DNA of 48,821 bases from Minisyncoccota bacterium (GTDB lineage Bacteria; Patescibacteriota; Minisyncoccia; Phycocordibacterales; UBA9973): positions 1 to 48,821 of the forward strand of contig DALYDA010000003.1 in NCBI GenBank assembly GCA_031973435.1, read 5' to 3'. Within the stretch, counting starts at the first letter, position 1, and every line of letters begins with the position of its first letter. Shown here in pieces: positions 26,745 to 36,202 of this stretch. A program made the position numbers and the translations under genes. The notes under the pieces were generated by a model. The model was not told the DNA's origin. It worked only from the letters and a program-made list of their open reading frames with translations, and made no database searches.

Positions 26745-27311
26745 ATGGAAAAAAAGATGCCGCTTTGGCTTGCTACACTTGTTGTTATTTTATTTTTAGG
26801 AATAGTGTTTTTCGGGAGATATTATGCTGTTAAAAACAAAGTCATAGTAAAAGATACAGCTATAGATACATTTGAAGAGTGCGCCAAATACTATCCTGTC
26901 ATGGAGAGTTATCCGGAGCAGTGTAATACTCCAGACGGAAGACATTTTGTAAATCTAGATCAGAAAGTTACGGATTTTCCGCCCAGAGATGAGAGAGTTG
27001 GAGCAGGGTACATTTCCGGCAAAGTGACTATTGGTCCTATTTGTCCAGTAGAGATAGAAGGGGAGCCTTGTAACGTGCCGGAAGAAGTATATACATCACG
27101 AGAACTGATTGTGTATACAAGTGACGGAAAGACTGTCTACGATCGTACCATCTTACTTCCAGATGGAACATACAGTATTGCAGTTGGCCCCGGAAATTAT
27201 CTACTACAAATCAGTCCGGCTGGAATAGGGGCAGCGGAATTGAAAGCAGTTTCTGTTACATCACTTACTACGTCCACTGTGGACTTCGACATAGATACTG
27301 GAATAAGATAG
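26745..27311 (+). CDS. N-terminally anchored hypothetical protein
   Basis: ATG at 26745 (MEKKMPLWLATLVV) precedes a TM helix. Confidence 0.6.
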   Translation: MEKKMPLWLATLVVILFLGIVFFGRYYAVKNKVIVKDTAIDTFEECAKYYPVMESYPEQCNTPDGRHFVNLDQKVTDFPPRDERVGAGYISGKVTIGPICPVEIEGEPCNVPEEVYTSRELIVYTSDGKTVYDRTILLPDGTYSIAVGPGNYLLQISPAGIGAAELKAVSVTSLTTSTVDFDIDTGIR

Positions 27312-27347
27312 GAGTACAATATAATAATTAAAATATAATAAATATTT

Positions 27348-27770
27348 ATGGAAATAAATTTACTCGCAGTATTGGTTTGTGGGGTTGTGGCGATGGTTAT
27401 CGGATCACTTTGGCATTCAAAACTTTTGTTTGGTGATGCTTTTATAAAATCTTCTGGTATGGATATAGGTATGACACCTGAGAAGATGGCACAGATTCAA
27501 AAGAAAATGTGGCAACTGTATGCTACTCAATTCTTGCTCGCGCTTTTGCAAGCATATATGCTATCTCTTTTTATAAATGGTGGGTTTGCAATAGGTGGTA
27601 TTACCAATGCATTTTTGATATGGCTCGGGTTTATAATGCCAACAGTTGCTGGTGCATGTATGTGGAGCAGTAGACCTAGAAGTGATGCATGGAAAGTGTT
27701 CTTCATTTCAGCAGGCTACCAACTAGTTCTATTTTTCGCCTTTGGTGTTATTCTTGCAAATTGGAACTAA
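27348..27770 (+). CDS. DUF1761-like membrane protein
   Basis: MEINLLAVLVCGVVAMVIGSLWHSKLLFG resembles the DUF1761 N-terminus. 4 TM segments. Confidence 0.6.
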   Translation: MEINLLAVLVCGVVAMVIGSLWHSKLLFGDAFIKSSGMDIGMTPEKMAQIQKKMWQLYATQFLLALLQAYMLSLFINGGFAIGGITNAFLIWLGFIMPTVAGACMWSSRPRSDAWKVFFISAGYQLVLFFAFGVILANWN

Positions 27771-27796
27771 ACAGGGTATTAAATACTGGAATCATA

Positions 27797-27820
27797 AAAG
27801 CACCCATAGCGGTGCTTTTA
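27797..27820 (+). terminator. rho-independent terminator
   Basis: AAAGCACC-CATAGC-GGTGCTTT followed by a T-rich tail. Confidence 0.6.
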
Positions 27821-27835
27821 TGGTAAAATCTCTTT

Positions 27836-27961
27836 ATGAACCACACAAAGAAGGATTATGATAAAACAGAGCTCAAGGAGCTTCTTTTAGGACTCAAGGC
27901 AGAACTAGAGTCACTTCACGGTATTACAAAGTCTATAAAGCAAAAGAAAAATGAAAAATAA
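27836..27961 (+). CDS. possible 41-aa charged helical peptide
   Basis: ATG-to-TAA ORF below the ORF-track size cutoff (MNHTKKDYDKTELKELLLGLKAELESLHGITKSIKQKKNEK). Overlaps the next start by 11 nt. Confidence 0.3.
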   Translation: MNHTKKDYDKTELKELLLGLKAELESLHGITKSIKQKKNEK

Positions 27962-28394
27962 TCAATGGGAAATAAGAAGAGAAGACAACAATGGTACTCT
28001 GGAACAAGAGCCTCTTTCTATTTTGATTGGAGACATACTGCAGAAAATAGATCAATTAAAAAATGATATAGAAGAAATAGGAGGAGAAGAAAAATTTGAG
28101 GAAATGTTATCTAGTGATGAATCAGTCAGTATTATTTACAAGGCGCAAAAGGATCGAATAAATAGTATAATAATAGGAATACTAGGAGTTTTGCTTTCAG
28201 CAAGTGCTTCAGCAGGTGTGGTAAATGTTCTCGAAACTTTCCAAGATGAAGCTACAAGAAACACAGGGATTGCGCTCGGTTCTATGCTTGCCATTGCGGG
28301 AGGGCTCATGACAATCGTATCCGGTATTGGGATAGCTAGTTCTAAAAAAAAGATAATCAATGAAACTGATAGAAAAAATCTTGATCAAGTATAA
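27951..28394 (+). CDS. hypothetical protein with C-terminal TM hairpin
   Basis: 147-aa ORF with a charged N-terminal half and two C-terminal TM helices. Confidence 0.55.
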   Translation: MKNNQWEIRREDNNGTLEQEPLSILIGDILQKIDQLKNDIEEIGGEEKFEEMLSSDESVSIIYKAQKDRINSIIIGILGVLLSASASAGVVNVLETFQDEATRNTGIALGSMLAIAGGLMTIVSGIGIASSKKKIINETDRKNLDQV

Positions 28395-28403
28395 ACTGGC
28401 TTG

Positions 28404-28985
28404 ATGAAAAAAAGTTCAAAAATGAAGAAAAGGTGTTTCTGGGCACAAGGGGACGATATCATGATGCAAAAATATCATGATAGTGTTTGGGGAAAGCCAA
28501 AGAAAAATGATATAGATATTTTCGAAGCAATAGTGCTAGATACACATCAAGCAGGTTTATCATGGAAATGTATTTTACATAAGAGAGATAATTTTGCCAA
28601 AGCATTCTACGGATTTGATCCTGTGAAAGTTGCAAAGATGACAAAGAAGGATGTTGCTCGTCTGGTGAAGGATCCGGGTATTATTCGTCACAAGGGGAAG
28701 ATCGAGGCAACTATAGGAAATGCAAAAGCATATTTGGAGTTACAAAAAGAGTTTGGGACAGCATCGAAATACTTTTGGAAATATACTGGAAACAAGGTTA
28801 TATACAACAAATTCCAAGACCATTCATCTATACCGTCGACATCTACGATCTCTATAGAAATGTCAAAGGATTTGAAAAAAAGAGGTTTTAAGTTTACTGG
28901 ACCCACGATGTGCTATGCCTTTATGCAAGGGATTGGGCTCGTAAATGACCACACAAAAGAATGTTTTTGTTACAAAAGTAAATAG
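28404..28985 (+). CDS. tag: DNA-3-methyladenine glycosylase I
   Basis: RCFW...YHDSVWG...DTHQAGLSW...GPTMCYAFMQGIGLVNDH matches Tag-family motifs. Confidence 0.85.
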   Translation: MKKSSKMKKRCFWAQGDDIMMQKYHDSVWGKPKKNDIDIFEAIVLDTHQAGLSWKCILHKRDNFAKAFYGFDPVKVAKMTKKDVARLVKDPGIIRHKGKIEATIGNAKAYLELQKEFGTASKYFWKYTGNKVIYNKFQDHSSIPSTSTISIEMSKDLKKRGFKFTGPTMCYAFMQGIGLVNDHTKECFCYKSK

Positions 28986-29020
28986 TAGCAATATTTTACT
29001 TTCATTGGTAAAATACTCCT

Positions 29021-29806
29021 ATGGAAAAAAATACACAAATAGACACAAATTCTTACGCTATTTTTTGGAAAGAGGGATGGACAGCTTTTATAAAAAATTG
29101 GAAGAAGCTACTACCTATAACTATCGTGGTTGTTCTCGTTGTAGTTGCACTTGGAAAAATACAAGAGTTTGTAGGCCCAGAGACTGTACCTGCTCTTTTG
29201 GTTTGGATAGGAAGTTTTATAATACAAGTTTTTTTGTCTATCGGATACATAAACATAGCCATGCATGCATATAGAGGAGAAGAGTATTCATGGAAAAACA
29301 TGTTGGAGAAATCTCAAAAAGTACTACCGTACATTGGTACAAGTATACTAGTCGTCTTGCTTATGACAGCAGGATTTATACCAGCAATTTTTGTGTTTGT
29401 AGTATTTACAAGCATTTTGAAACTAGGAGTTTTCTTTACTGTGTTATTTACAGCTATCGGATTCCTTTTGGTGATACTCGCCATGATTCTTGTTTTTTCT
29501 AGACTTTATTTTTTCCAATTTTTCCTTATCGATGGAGATTTGAAGATTTGGGATACAATAAAGGCTACATGGAGAAGTACAAAGGGTAAGCAACTTCAGA
29601 TTCTCATCTTGATAATTATGGCTGGTATCTTCAATATTCTCGGAATGCTATTTTTTGGAATAGGGCTAATTTTAACAGTACCTGTTACAGTTTTGGTTTT
29701 TGTGTCGGTGTATTCATACCTTTCAGGAAAGGTTGCACATAGTGATAGTATTGTACCTGAGGTGCAAAGTCCTGAATTGGCTTTAGGTGAAAATAAGGTT
29801 GAATAA
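29021..29806 (+). CDS. multi-pass membrane protein (DUF975-like?)
   Basis: 261-aa ORF with ~6 TM segments. Family assignment is uncertain. Confidence 0.6.
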   Translation: MEKNTQIDTNSYAIFWKEGWTAFIKNWKKLLPITIVVVLVVVALGKIQEFVGPETVPALLVWIGSFIIQVFLSIGYINIAMHAYRGEEYSWKNMLEKSQKVLPYIGTSILVVLLMTAGFIPAIFVFVVFTSILKLGVFFTVLFTAIGFLLVILAMILVFSRLYFFQFFLIDGDLKIWDTIKATWRSTKGKQLQILILIIMAGIFNILGMLFFGIGLILTVPVTVLVFVSVYSYLSGKVAHSDSIVPEVQSPELALGENKVE

Positions 29807-29854
29807 AAGGGTTTGATTAAAATTTAAAAAGATTTTTTATTTTACTGAGTCCAA

Positions 29855-29887
29855 TAAAAAACTGCCTTTCAAAAGGCAGTTTTGTTT
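29855..29887. terminator. bidirectional terminator between convergent genes
   Basis: A-run, stem ACTGCCTT/AAGGCAGT, then a T-run. The desaturase stop codon sits in the loop. Confidence 0.75.
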
Positions 29888-30639
29888 AGTCTTATTACAT
29901 GGATTTTATCCAATACCCATATGATTGGCCATACTGGATCAAGCTCAAGTTTATACCATTTCACACCAAAATTGGGCCTTCCCATAAGTTTATGATGATT
30001 ATTGTGGTAACCTTCACCCAACATAATTATGCTAGCTGGAGACAATAAATTTTTTGACGTATCAGTTGTCTCAAAATTTCTATATCCGTACTTGTGTGCA
30101 AAATAGTTTATGATCGCACCGTGCACTGGTCCCATGAGACAATGAGCAAGAAACATTGGTACAAGGATAAAATAATTCCAAAGCACTATGTCATTTGTCA
30201 TTATCAGGTATATATAAATACCAGCATATACTATGACCCAAGCAATCTTGCTAAAAAAACTAGATGCAAACAAATCAAATTTCTTCCAGCTAGGTACATT
30301 TTTCTTGTACTTTTCTTCGATCTGTATTCTTTCGTAGAATACGTCGTTGAAGGCTATTAGGGTTTTTCTCATCATGTCGAAGATCCCTTTTGAAAATGAC
30401 GGCGAATGCGGATCATCTTCGGTGTCAGTGTTTGCATGGTGCATACGGTGAAGTATCGCATATGCGTAAGGTGACAAATACGAAGGTCCCTGAGCCACCC
30501 AACATAATACAAAGAAAAACTTTTCAGTGATTCTATTCATCCGGAACATTGCATGAGCAGCATACCGGTGATTGAAGAATGTTTGCGAAAATAGTGCGAC
30601 AAAGTGGTGCACTATCAAAATCTTTATAAATATTTCCAT
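29869..30639 (-). CDS. membrane fatty-acid (acyl-lipid/acyl-CoA) desaturase
   Basis: Three histidine boxes (HRYAAH, HRMHH, HNNHH). The ORF-track start at 30828 overlaps the divergent helicase gene, so the ATG at 30639 (or 30666) is preferred. Confidence 0.8.
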   Translation of the reverse strand: MEIFIKILIVHHFVALFSQTFFNHRYAAHAMFRMNRITEKFFFVLCWVAQGPSYLSPYAYAILHRMHHANTDTEDDPHSPSFSKGIFDMMRKTLIAFNDVFYERIQIEEKYKKNVPSWKKFDLFASSFFSKIAWVIVYAGIYIYLIMTNDIVLWNYFILVPMFLAHCLMGPVHGAIINYFAHKYGYRNFETTDTSKNLLSPASIIMLGEGYHNNHHKLMGRPNFGVKWYKLELDPVWPIIWVLDKIHVIRLNKTAF

Positions 30640-30727
30640 AAAAAGTTCATTTTTGCTTATAACCATAACACGAAATAAAGGATTTTTCCATGACCATTTT
30701 GAGCAACAGAAAGTGTATAATACCTCT

Positions 30728-33697
30728 ATGTTCGAGGAAGAGTACAAAAAGCTAAACAAGGAGCAGAAGGACGCCGTAGACTCTATCGAAGGCCCTGTTA
30801 TGGTTATTGCTGGTCCTGGGACAGGCAAGACTCAAGTTCTGGCACTACGTATAGGAAATGTCCTCAAAAAAACAGATATCGGAGGATCTGGAGTTCTTTG
30901 TCTTACCTTTACTCGCTCTGGGGTAACTGCGATGAAGAAGAGACTAGAGAAGTATATCGGTACCCAGTCCAATGATGTAAAGATTTCTACTTTCCATAGT
31001 TACGCTATATCTCTCATAGAGAAACACCATCTCAATCTTGGTTTTATAAATATACCAAAACTTTTAGATGAAAGAGAGGCTGTTTTTTTGGTAGATAAGT
31101 TACTATATTCTCGCGAGTGGAAGCATCTTCGTCCGAGAGGCAACCCTGCGACATATTTTTCTGATATAAAATCTCTAATCTCACTCCTGAAGCGTGAGCG
31201 AATGTCTCCCGCAGATTTCCAAAAAGAAATTGAAAAGGAAATAAAAAGTCTGCAGTGTGATCCAGAAAGCATATCTACCCGTGGAGCATCGAAAGGGGAA
31301 CTGAAAAAAGAAATCGTAAAAAAGATAGAGGCACTTGAGAGAACAAGTGAAGTTGTAGAATTCTACGAAAAATATGAGGAAGAAAAGCAAAACCAACTTT
31401 TGATGGACTACGACGATGTCCTTGAATATGCAGTAGAGCTTGTCGAAGGGTCGGAGGATGTTTGTGCCGATATAAGAGAAGAGTCTCAATACATACTTGT
31501 GGATGAGCACCAGGACTCTTCTGGAGTGCAAAACAATTTTCTAAAGGCAGTTTGGGGAGATGTGGAAAAGCCAAATATTTTTGTCGTGGGAGATGACAGA
31601 CAGCTTATATATGGTTTCGGGGGAGCATCGCTTTCATATTTTGAAGAATTCAAAACAGCATTTGGAAAAGCAAAACTCATAACTCTCGTAGAGAACTATC
31701 GTTCTACGGCACCGATACTTTCTCTTGCCGACACACTTCTCTCTAGTGATCTCACAAAAGAAAAACTCCGAAGTAATCGATCTGATTCGCATGATATTTA
31801 TCTGTCAGAATATTCATATCCGAGGGACGAGATAATCGGAGCTGGAATATATTTCAAGAAACTTGTCGAAGAAGGGTTAAGTCCAAAAGAGTGCGCACTT
31901 CTTGTTCCGAAAAATTATCATGTTCGAAATGCGATGAATGTCTTGCGAAGTGCCGGTGTGTCAGTTTCTGGTGGAGACAGCCAGTCGTTTTTCGACTCGC
32001 GTGCGGTAACGAGCTTCAGAAAAGTTTTGAAAGTAATTGCTAATCCAAACGATATCGTCTCTCTTTCAAATACTCTAATAGATAGCATGTCCGGAGTTCC
32101 GGCCATCGAAGCTCACAAGTTTTTGCGAGAAAAAAAACTAAACAACCTTTCAGTCGAAGACTTGGTTCGTTACGGAGAAGGGAACGGACTTTTTGAAGGA
32201 CAAAATGAAATCTCCGTTTGGGGAAAGAAGCTCACTTCTTTTATAAATGAGTCTAGTTCAGTCGGATTACTTCAAATACTTAGTTTTGCAGGAAACGAAC
32301 TGCTTATAAAAAACGCACAGGGTCATGAAAAGCTTTTGGAAAATGCAGAAGCATTGAGAACTTTTTTCCACCTCGCTGAAATGAAGGTTCAAAATAACCC
32401 ACACGAAACTTTGGCAGAATTTCTTTCATATATCGAGAGGCTAGAGTCATACAATATGCATATTCCGCTTGCGACCTTTGGTGAAAGTAAGGGTGTTTCT
32501 GTTATGACACTACACAAATCAAAGGGGCTTGAATTCGAGGCAGTCTGGATTGCTCACATGAACGAGGAGACATTGATGGCCGAGAAGAAGGGAGGATTCA
32601 CTTTGCCAGAGGTTGTAAAAGAGAAGATCGAGGAGAAGAGTCTGGCTGTGGCAAAAAGGGAAGTCTATGTTGCAATAACCCGAGCAAAGAAGTTTTGTAC
32701 TATCTCGTATGCAAGAGGTGATGTTAAGGGAGCAGAACTCACTCTCGCTCAAGTAGTCCGAGAATTGCCAGAGATCCACTTTACAAAGAAGTCTGCAGAC
32801 AAAACTGAAGAGGAACTTCTTTCATATGGACCTGAGGTTTATGTGAAGAATTTTGAAGTACCAGAAGGAGAAGATTTTGAAAAAATGAAAACTCTCGTTG
32901 CAGATGAGTATGACGAGACGCGAGTTTCTGTGTCACTACTGAACAACTTTTTTGAGTGTCCTTGGAAATGGTATTTCCGAAATTTCTTGAAGCTTCCAGA
33001 AATAAAATCAGACTCACTTGCGCTCGGTTCTGCTGTGCACTCGGCAATTGAGCTTGTTTTGAAATCTGAAAAAATACCATCTGAAAAAATGATTCATGAG
33101 TGTATTGTAAGAAGTTTTGAAAAAGAAGGGGTAAGTGATACAAGAACTCTAAACAAAATGACAAAAGATGCACTCGAAATAGTTTCTTCTTGGATAGAAA
33201 GATCTTACAAGGATTTGGCACCAAATAGAGAAAGCGAAAGACCTGTTGCTTTCAATGATCCTCGATTCCCGCACCTAAATTTTTATGGAAAGATCGACCT
33301 CACCGAGAGATTCCCTGGAGGGGAAGTTGCTGTGACAGATTTCAAAACTGGCTCGTCTAAAACTTCTGGTGTAATAGAAAAACTAGATGATGAAAATAGA
33401 CTCTCGACATACATGCGACAACTCGCTATGTATTCGTATCTGGTCCAAGGTTCGGACAAAAAAGAGGTAATATCTTCGAAGCTTTATTTCTTGGAATCAA
33501 AAGAGGGAGATAAGAACATGATTTATTCGACACGAGTTGGAGAAGAACAGATTGATCTACTTGTTCGAGACATAAGTGACTACGACAAGCTTCTAAAAAG
33601 TGGTGATTGGGCCAATCGCGCTTGTAATGCAAAACAGTATGGCGGAGGAGATGAGTGTGAGCATTGTAAGCTTGCGAGGGAAATTTATCGAAAATAA
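30728..33697 (+). CDS. UvrD/PcrA-like SF1 helicase fused to a C-terminal PD-(D/E)XK nuclease with a Cys cluster
   Basis: Helicase motifs AGPGTGKT, VDEHQD, GDDRQLIYGFGGA, ENYRS, TLHKSKGLEF, VAITRAKK. The tail has GKIDL...VTDFKTG and a C...Cx10CxxC pattern. ATG at 30728 (MFEEEYKKLN) is preferred over the track start at 30572. Confidence 0.85.
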   Translation: MFEEEYKKLNKEQKDAVDSIEGPVMVIAGPGTGKTQVLALRIGNVLKKTDIGGSGVLCLTFTRSGVTAMKKRLEKYIGTQSNDVKISTFHSYAISLIEKHHLNLGFINIPKLLDEREAVFLVDKLLYSREWKHLRPRGNPATYFSDIKSLISLLKRERMSPADFQKEIEKEIKSLQCDPESISTRGASKGELKKEIVKKIEALERTSEVVEFYEKYEEEKQNQLLMDYDDVLEYAVELVEGSEDVCADIREESQYILVDEHQDSSGVQNNFLKAVWGDVEKPNIFVVGDDRQLIYGFGGASLSYFEEFKTAFGKAKLITLVENYRSTAPILSLADTLLSSDLTKEKLRSNRSDSHDIYLSEYSYPRDEIIGAGIYFKKLVEEGLSPKECALLVPKNYHVRNAMNVLRSAGVSVSGGDSQSFFDSRAVTSFRKVLKVIANPNDIVSLSNTLIDSMSGVPAIEAHKFLREKKLNNLSVEDLVRYGEGNGLFEGQNEISVWGKKLTSFINESSSVGLLQILSFAGNELLIKNAQGHEKLLENAEALRTFFHLAEMKVQNNPHETLAEFLSYIERLESYNMHIPLATFGESKGVSVMTLHKSKGLEFEAVWIAHMNEETLMAEKKGGFTLPEVVKEKIEEKSLAVAKREVYVAITRAKKFCTISYARGDVKGAELTLAQVVRELPEIHFTKKSADKTEEELLSYGPEVYVKNFEVPEGEDFEKMKTLVADEYDETRVSVSLLNNFFECPWKWYFRNFLKLPEIKSDSLALGSAVHSAIELVLKSEKIPSEKMIHECIVRSFEKEGVSDTRTLNKMTKDALEIVSSWIERSYKDLAPNRESERPVAFNDPRFPHLNFYGKIDLTERFPGGEVAVTDFKTGSSKTSGVIEKLDDENRLSTYMRQLAMYSYLVQGSDKKEVISSKLYFLESKEGDKNMIYSTRVGEEQIDLLVRDISDYDKLLKSGDWANRACNAKQYGGGDECEHCKLAREIYRK

Positions 33698-33698
33698 A

Positions 33699-33725
33699 AA
33701 ACCCAAAATTAATTGGGTTGTTTTC
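33699..33725. terminator. bidirectional terminator after the helicase gene
   Basis: ACCCAA/TTGGGT stem flanked by an A-run and a T-run. Confidence 0.6.
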
Positions 33726-33906
33726 AATAATTTGCCCACATCATTTGTAATGGCGTGTCTGAATTTAAAAACACAATCAATACTGGAAATAAAGAAAATA
33801 CAAGGGTTAGGATGTCGTAAATTCTTTTTCGTTTATCTATATAAAATATCAGGAAAATTGCACTAGTGAGTATTGATGAAAACATTAGTATTAAAGTAAT
33901 GCCCAT
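33724..33906 (-). CDS. possible 60-aa hydrophobic peptide
   Basis: Two predicted TM helices. The stop abuts the bidirectional terminator. Confidence 0.35.
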   Translation of the reverse strand: MGITLILMFSSILTSAIFLIFYIDKRKRIYDILTLVFSLFPVLIVFLNSDTPLQMMWANY

Positions 33907-33965
33907 ATCTTTTGATTTTTGTTTATATTACTCCCCAAAGTATTTTTGTCAAATAAAAAACCGGA

Positions 33966-34319
33966 TTATTCCGGTTTTAGTTTCTTCCAAACTATTCTCA
34001 TTCCAGGTACAGCTTTTTGTCCAATTTCAATAACTGGTCCCACACAAACAATGATTTTGAGTTCTGGTATTAGGAACTCCTTTTTGGCATAACAAATATT
34101 ATTTCGTGTTATTTTTATACCAACGTGTCCGTAATGCCACCCGTCGTCGTCCCATGTCTTGGGATCAGGGTTGTCGTGTTTCAGGAGGTTAAACTTCATC
34201 TTATTCCAAATCGTGGTTCTTTCAAGATAAAGTTTTTGTTTTAAGAGGGTTCTTGTCTCGGGGTCAATTGCTAGAAATATTTTTTTGAAGTACTTTTTTA
34301 AAGATTTGGTCCTTCTCAT
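33966..34319 (-). CDS. hypothetical protein (117 aa)
   Basis: The ATG at 34319 (MRRTKSLKKYF) avoids overlap with the upstream gene and its terminator. The stop lies in the loop of the hairpin AACCGGA-TTAT-TCCGGTT. Confidence 0.5.
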   Translation of the reverse strand: MRRTKSLKKYFKKIFLAIDPETRTLLKQKLYLERTTIWNKMKFNLLKHDNPDPKTWDDDGWHYGHVGIKITRNNICYAKKEFLIPELKIIVCVGPVIEIGQKAVPGMRIVWKKLKPE

Positions 34320-34364
34320 TAAGTGTGTTTTTTCTAATTTTGCATTTATATTAGATTTTGTCAA

Positions 34365-34404
34365 ATAAATAAAAATAAAAGCCATGCAGATTTTGCATGG
34401 CTTT
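34365..34404 (-). terminator. rho-independent terminator after the lipoprotein gene
   Basis: AAAGCCATGCA/TGCATGGCTTT stem followed (on the minus strand) by a T-rich run. Confidence 0.7.
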
Positions 34405-34410
34405 CTTAAC

Positions 34411-34983
34411 TTAAAGAATTTTCGGATAGTTAAACTCAGCATATACTTTTAGAAGTATTTCTTTATACCTTTCGTTCGCTATCACCACCTCTTCTTTTGT
34501 GTAAGGTGGACGATTGGGGCTCCACCTGTTTTCAGGGGAAGAGAAAATCTCTGAGCTATTTACCCCACTGAAAGAGTCAGCACCCATGTCGTCGATAAAT
34601 ACATACCCATCACCATAACCATAATAAGTTATCGAGAGATTAAATGGTTTTCCGTTATTATCCTCACAATAATTCATAATCCCATACATTCTACTGTAAT
34701 TCCAGGACACTAAACCCCCTGTAATAGTGTCGGGTATAGGGTCACGTTTCTTTATGTCATTAACCATGAATTTTATCTGCTCATCAAGTGATCGAGGGAA
34801 TTCTATCGACAACAAATTTCTATAAGACACCATGTCAGCACTGTCTTGTTCTGGTGTTTTATATGATCGTTCTTCAATCTTTGCCTTACTTTTAGGACTA
34901 TCACTGCTCTCGCTTTTTTCACAAGCAGTAAGTGTGATAAATAAAACTAAGGTTAATACGGTAATTAAATTTTTATTTTTCAT
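34411..34983 (-). CDS. putative lipoprotein
   Basis: Signal peptide with lipobox (LFITLTAC). Confidence 0.65.
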   Translation of the reverse strand: MKNKNLITVLTLVLFITLTACEKSESSDSPKSKAKIEERSYKTPEQDSADMVSYRNLLSIEFPRSLDEQIKFMVNDIKKRDPIPDTITGGLVSWNYSRMYGIMNYCEDNNGKPFNLSITYYGYGDGYVFIDDMGADSFSGVNSSEIFSSPENRWSPNRPPYTKEEVVIANERYKEILLKVYAEFNYPKIL

Positions 34984-35066
34984 AGTGCATTACTTTTAGT
35001 TTATTATATCATATTATAGATAATTAGTCAAGTAGGAAGTTTTTAATATCTTGTTATATTTAGGGG

Positions 35067-35450
35067 GTGTTAAGTAAGAAAACCTTTAAAAATAAGACCC
35101 TTTTCTCTAGTTTGGTTTTAAAGGCGGTGCTCTCTATTCCAAAAGGCAGAGTTACCACCTATGGAAGAATTGCGCGGGCTTGTGGTGCGGGGCCAATGGC
35201 GAGTCAGAGTATTACCACAATACTAGGTAAGGCATATGAGGCGGGTGAAAAGTGTATACCATGGCATAGAATAGTCTATGCGGGTGGAAAAGTTTGGATT
35301 CCCGCACGAACGACTGATCTCGTTCAGTCGGGCAGGGATGACAGGATCAAGAAAGAAAGGATGGCTTTGTATAAAAAAGAAGGAATTGAGGTGGATCCAA
35401 AAACTGGGAAGATAAAAAATTTCGAAGATATACTTTTTGAATTCAAATAA
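35067..35450 (+). CDS. alkyltransferase-like (ATL) protein; MGMT DNA-binding domain without the catalytic Cys
   Basis: IPKGRVTTYGRIA...IPWHRIV. The canonical PCHRV active site reads PWHRI here, as in ATL proteins. GTG start. Confidence 0.7.
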   Translation: MLSKKTFKNKTLFSSLVLKAVLSIPKGRVTTYGRIARACGAGPMASQSITTILGKAYEAGEKCIPWHRIVYAGGKVWIPARTTDLVQSGRDDRIKKERMALYKKEGIEVDPKTGKIKNFEDILFEFK

Positions 35451-35486
35451 AACACCCCAACCAGTGGGGCATTTTATTTCTATATT

Positions 35487-36083
35487 TTAGTTTAGATTCA
35501 AGAGGTCTGTTGTAAAGATATTTTTGTCTAGTGCTTTGTTTTGGAAAGTGTCTGAATCATCGTTGTTCCATCTGATCCTCTTTAAAAGAGTTTTATACAT
35601 TCCTCCTGGGTTCTCTTCACTGCTTGTCTTTTGCACTGTAACGGTGAAGCTCTCTACGTCTCCCTCATAAACAATATATCTACCCATCGGCGAGATATCT
35701 GCTGATGTTGTCAAAAGGGATGTAACTCCTCCACTATCAAATACAGTTCCACTATCATTTACTACGCTGTATATGTTGTTGTAAGACATTGGATTTGAAG
35801 AAAGTGTTGGTGCTATGTATGCATCGTCACCGATTGCTTTTATGTGAAAGTTTATTTCATACATCCCCATATCGTTATTGTCCCCTGGATTCGAAACTGC
35901 AATAACTGCGTTTGCACTATCTAGTGTGACCTTTATATTGTTTGTTGCAAAAAGTGCGCTACCCAAAAATGAGTTACTAGATGAGCCCGCAACCGAGTAC
36001 ACACCATATCCTACTCCTAGTACTAAAACTACAGCGAGTAGTGTTCTTGTGGAAGCGTATTCAGGATTTTTGAAAAAATTCAT
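35487..36083 (-). CDS. N-terminally anchored hypothetical protein (MNFFKNPEYA leader)
   Basis: ATG at 36083. The leader is paralogous to that of 37299..37814. Confidence 0.6.
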   Translation of the reverse strand: MNFFKNPEYASTRTLLAVVLVLGVGYGVYSVAGSSSNSFLGSALFATNNIKVTLDSANAVIAVSNPGDNNDMGMYEINFHIKAIGDDAYIAPTLSSNPMSYNNIYSVVNDSGTVFDSGGVTSLLTTSADISPMGRYIVYEGDVESFTVTVQKTSSEENPGGMYKTLLKRIRWNNDDSDTFQNKALDKNIFTTDLLNLN

Positions 36084-36173
36084 AATATATATTCGAAAAT
36101 ATTGTTGTCTAATACCTTCAATTATACCACCAGTGTATTGCATTACCAACAAGATACTTTGATTGTAAAACTA

Positions 36174-36199
36174 AAAAGCCGATGCGATCTCGGCTTTTT
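36174..36199. terminator. bidirectional hairpin terminator
   Basis: AAAAAGCCGA-TGCGATC-TCGGCTTTTT. Confidence 0.75.
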
Positions 36200-36202
36200 A
36201 GT

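Noticed and set aside
29869-30828. The long forms of the desaturase ORF (to 30828) and of the helicase ORF (from 30572), which overlap by ~250 nt.
   Set aside because: The extensions are antisense shadows of each other's 5' regions. Conserved protein sequence begins at ATG 30639/30666 for the desaturase and ATG 30728 for the helicase.
33966-34442. The 158-aa long form of the minus-strand ORF.
   Set aside because: The N-terminal 41 codons would run through the terminator hairpin and the 3' end of the upstream lipoprotein gene. The internal ATG at 34319 is preferred.
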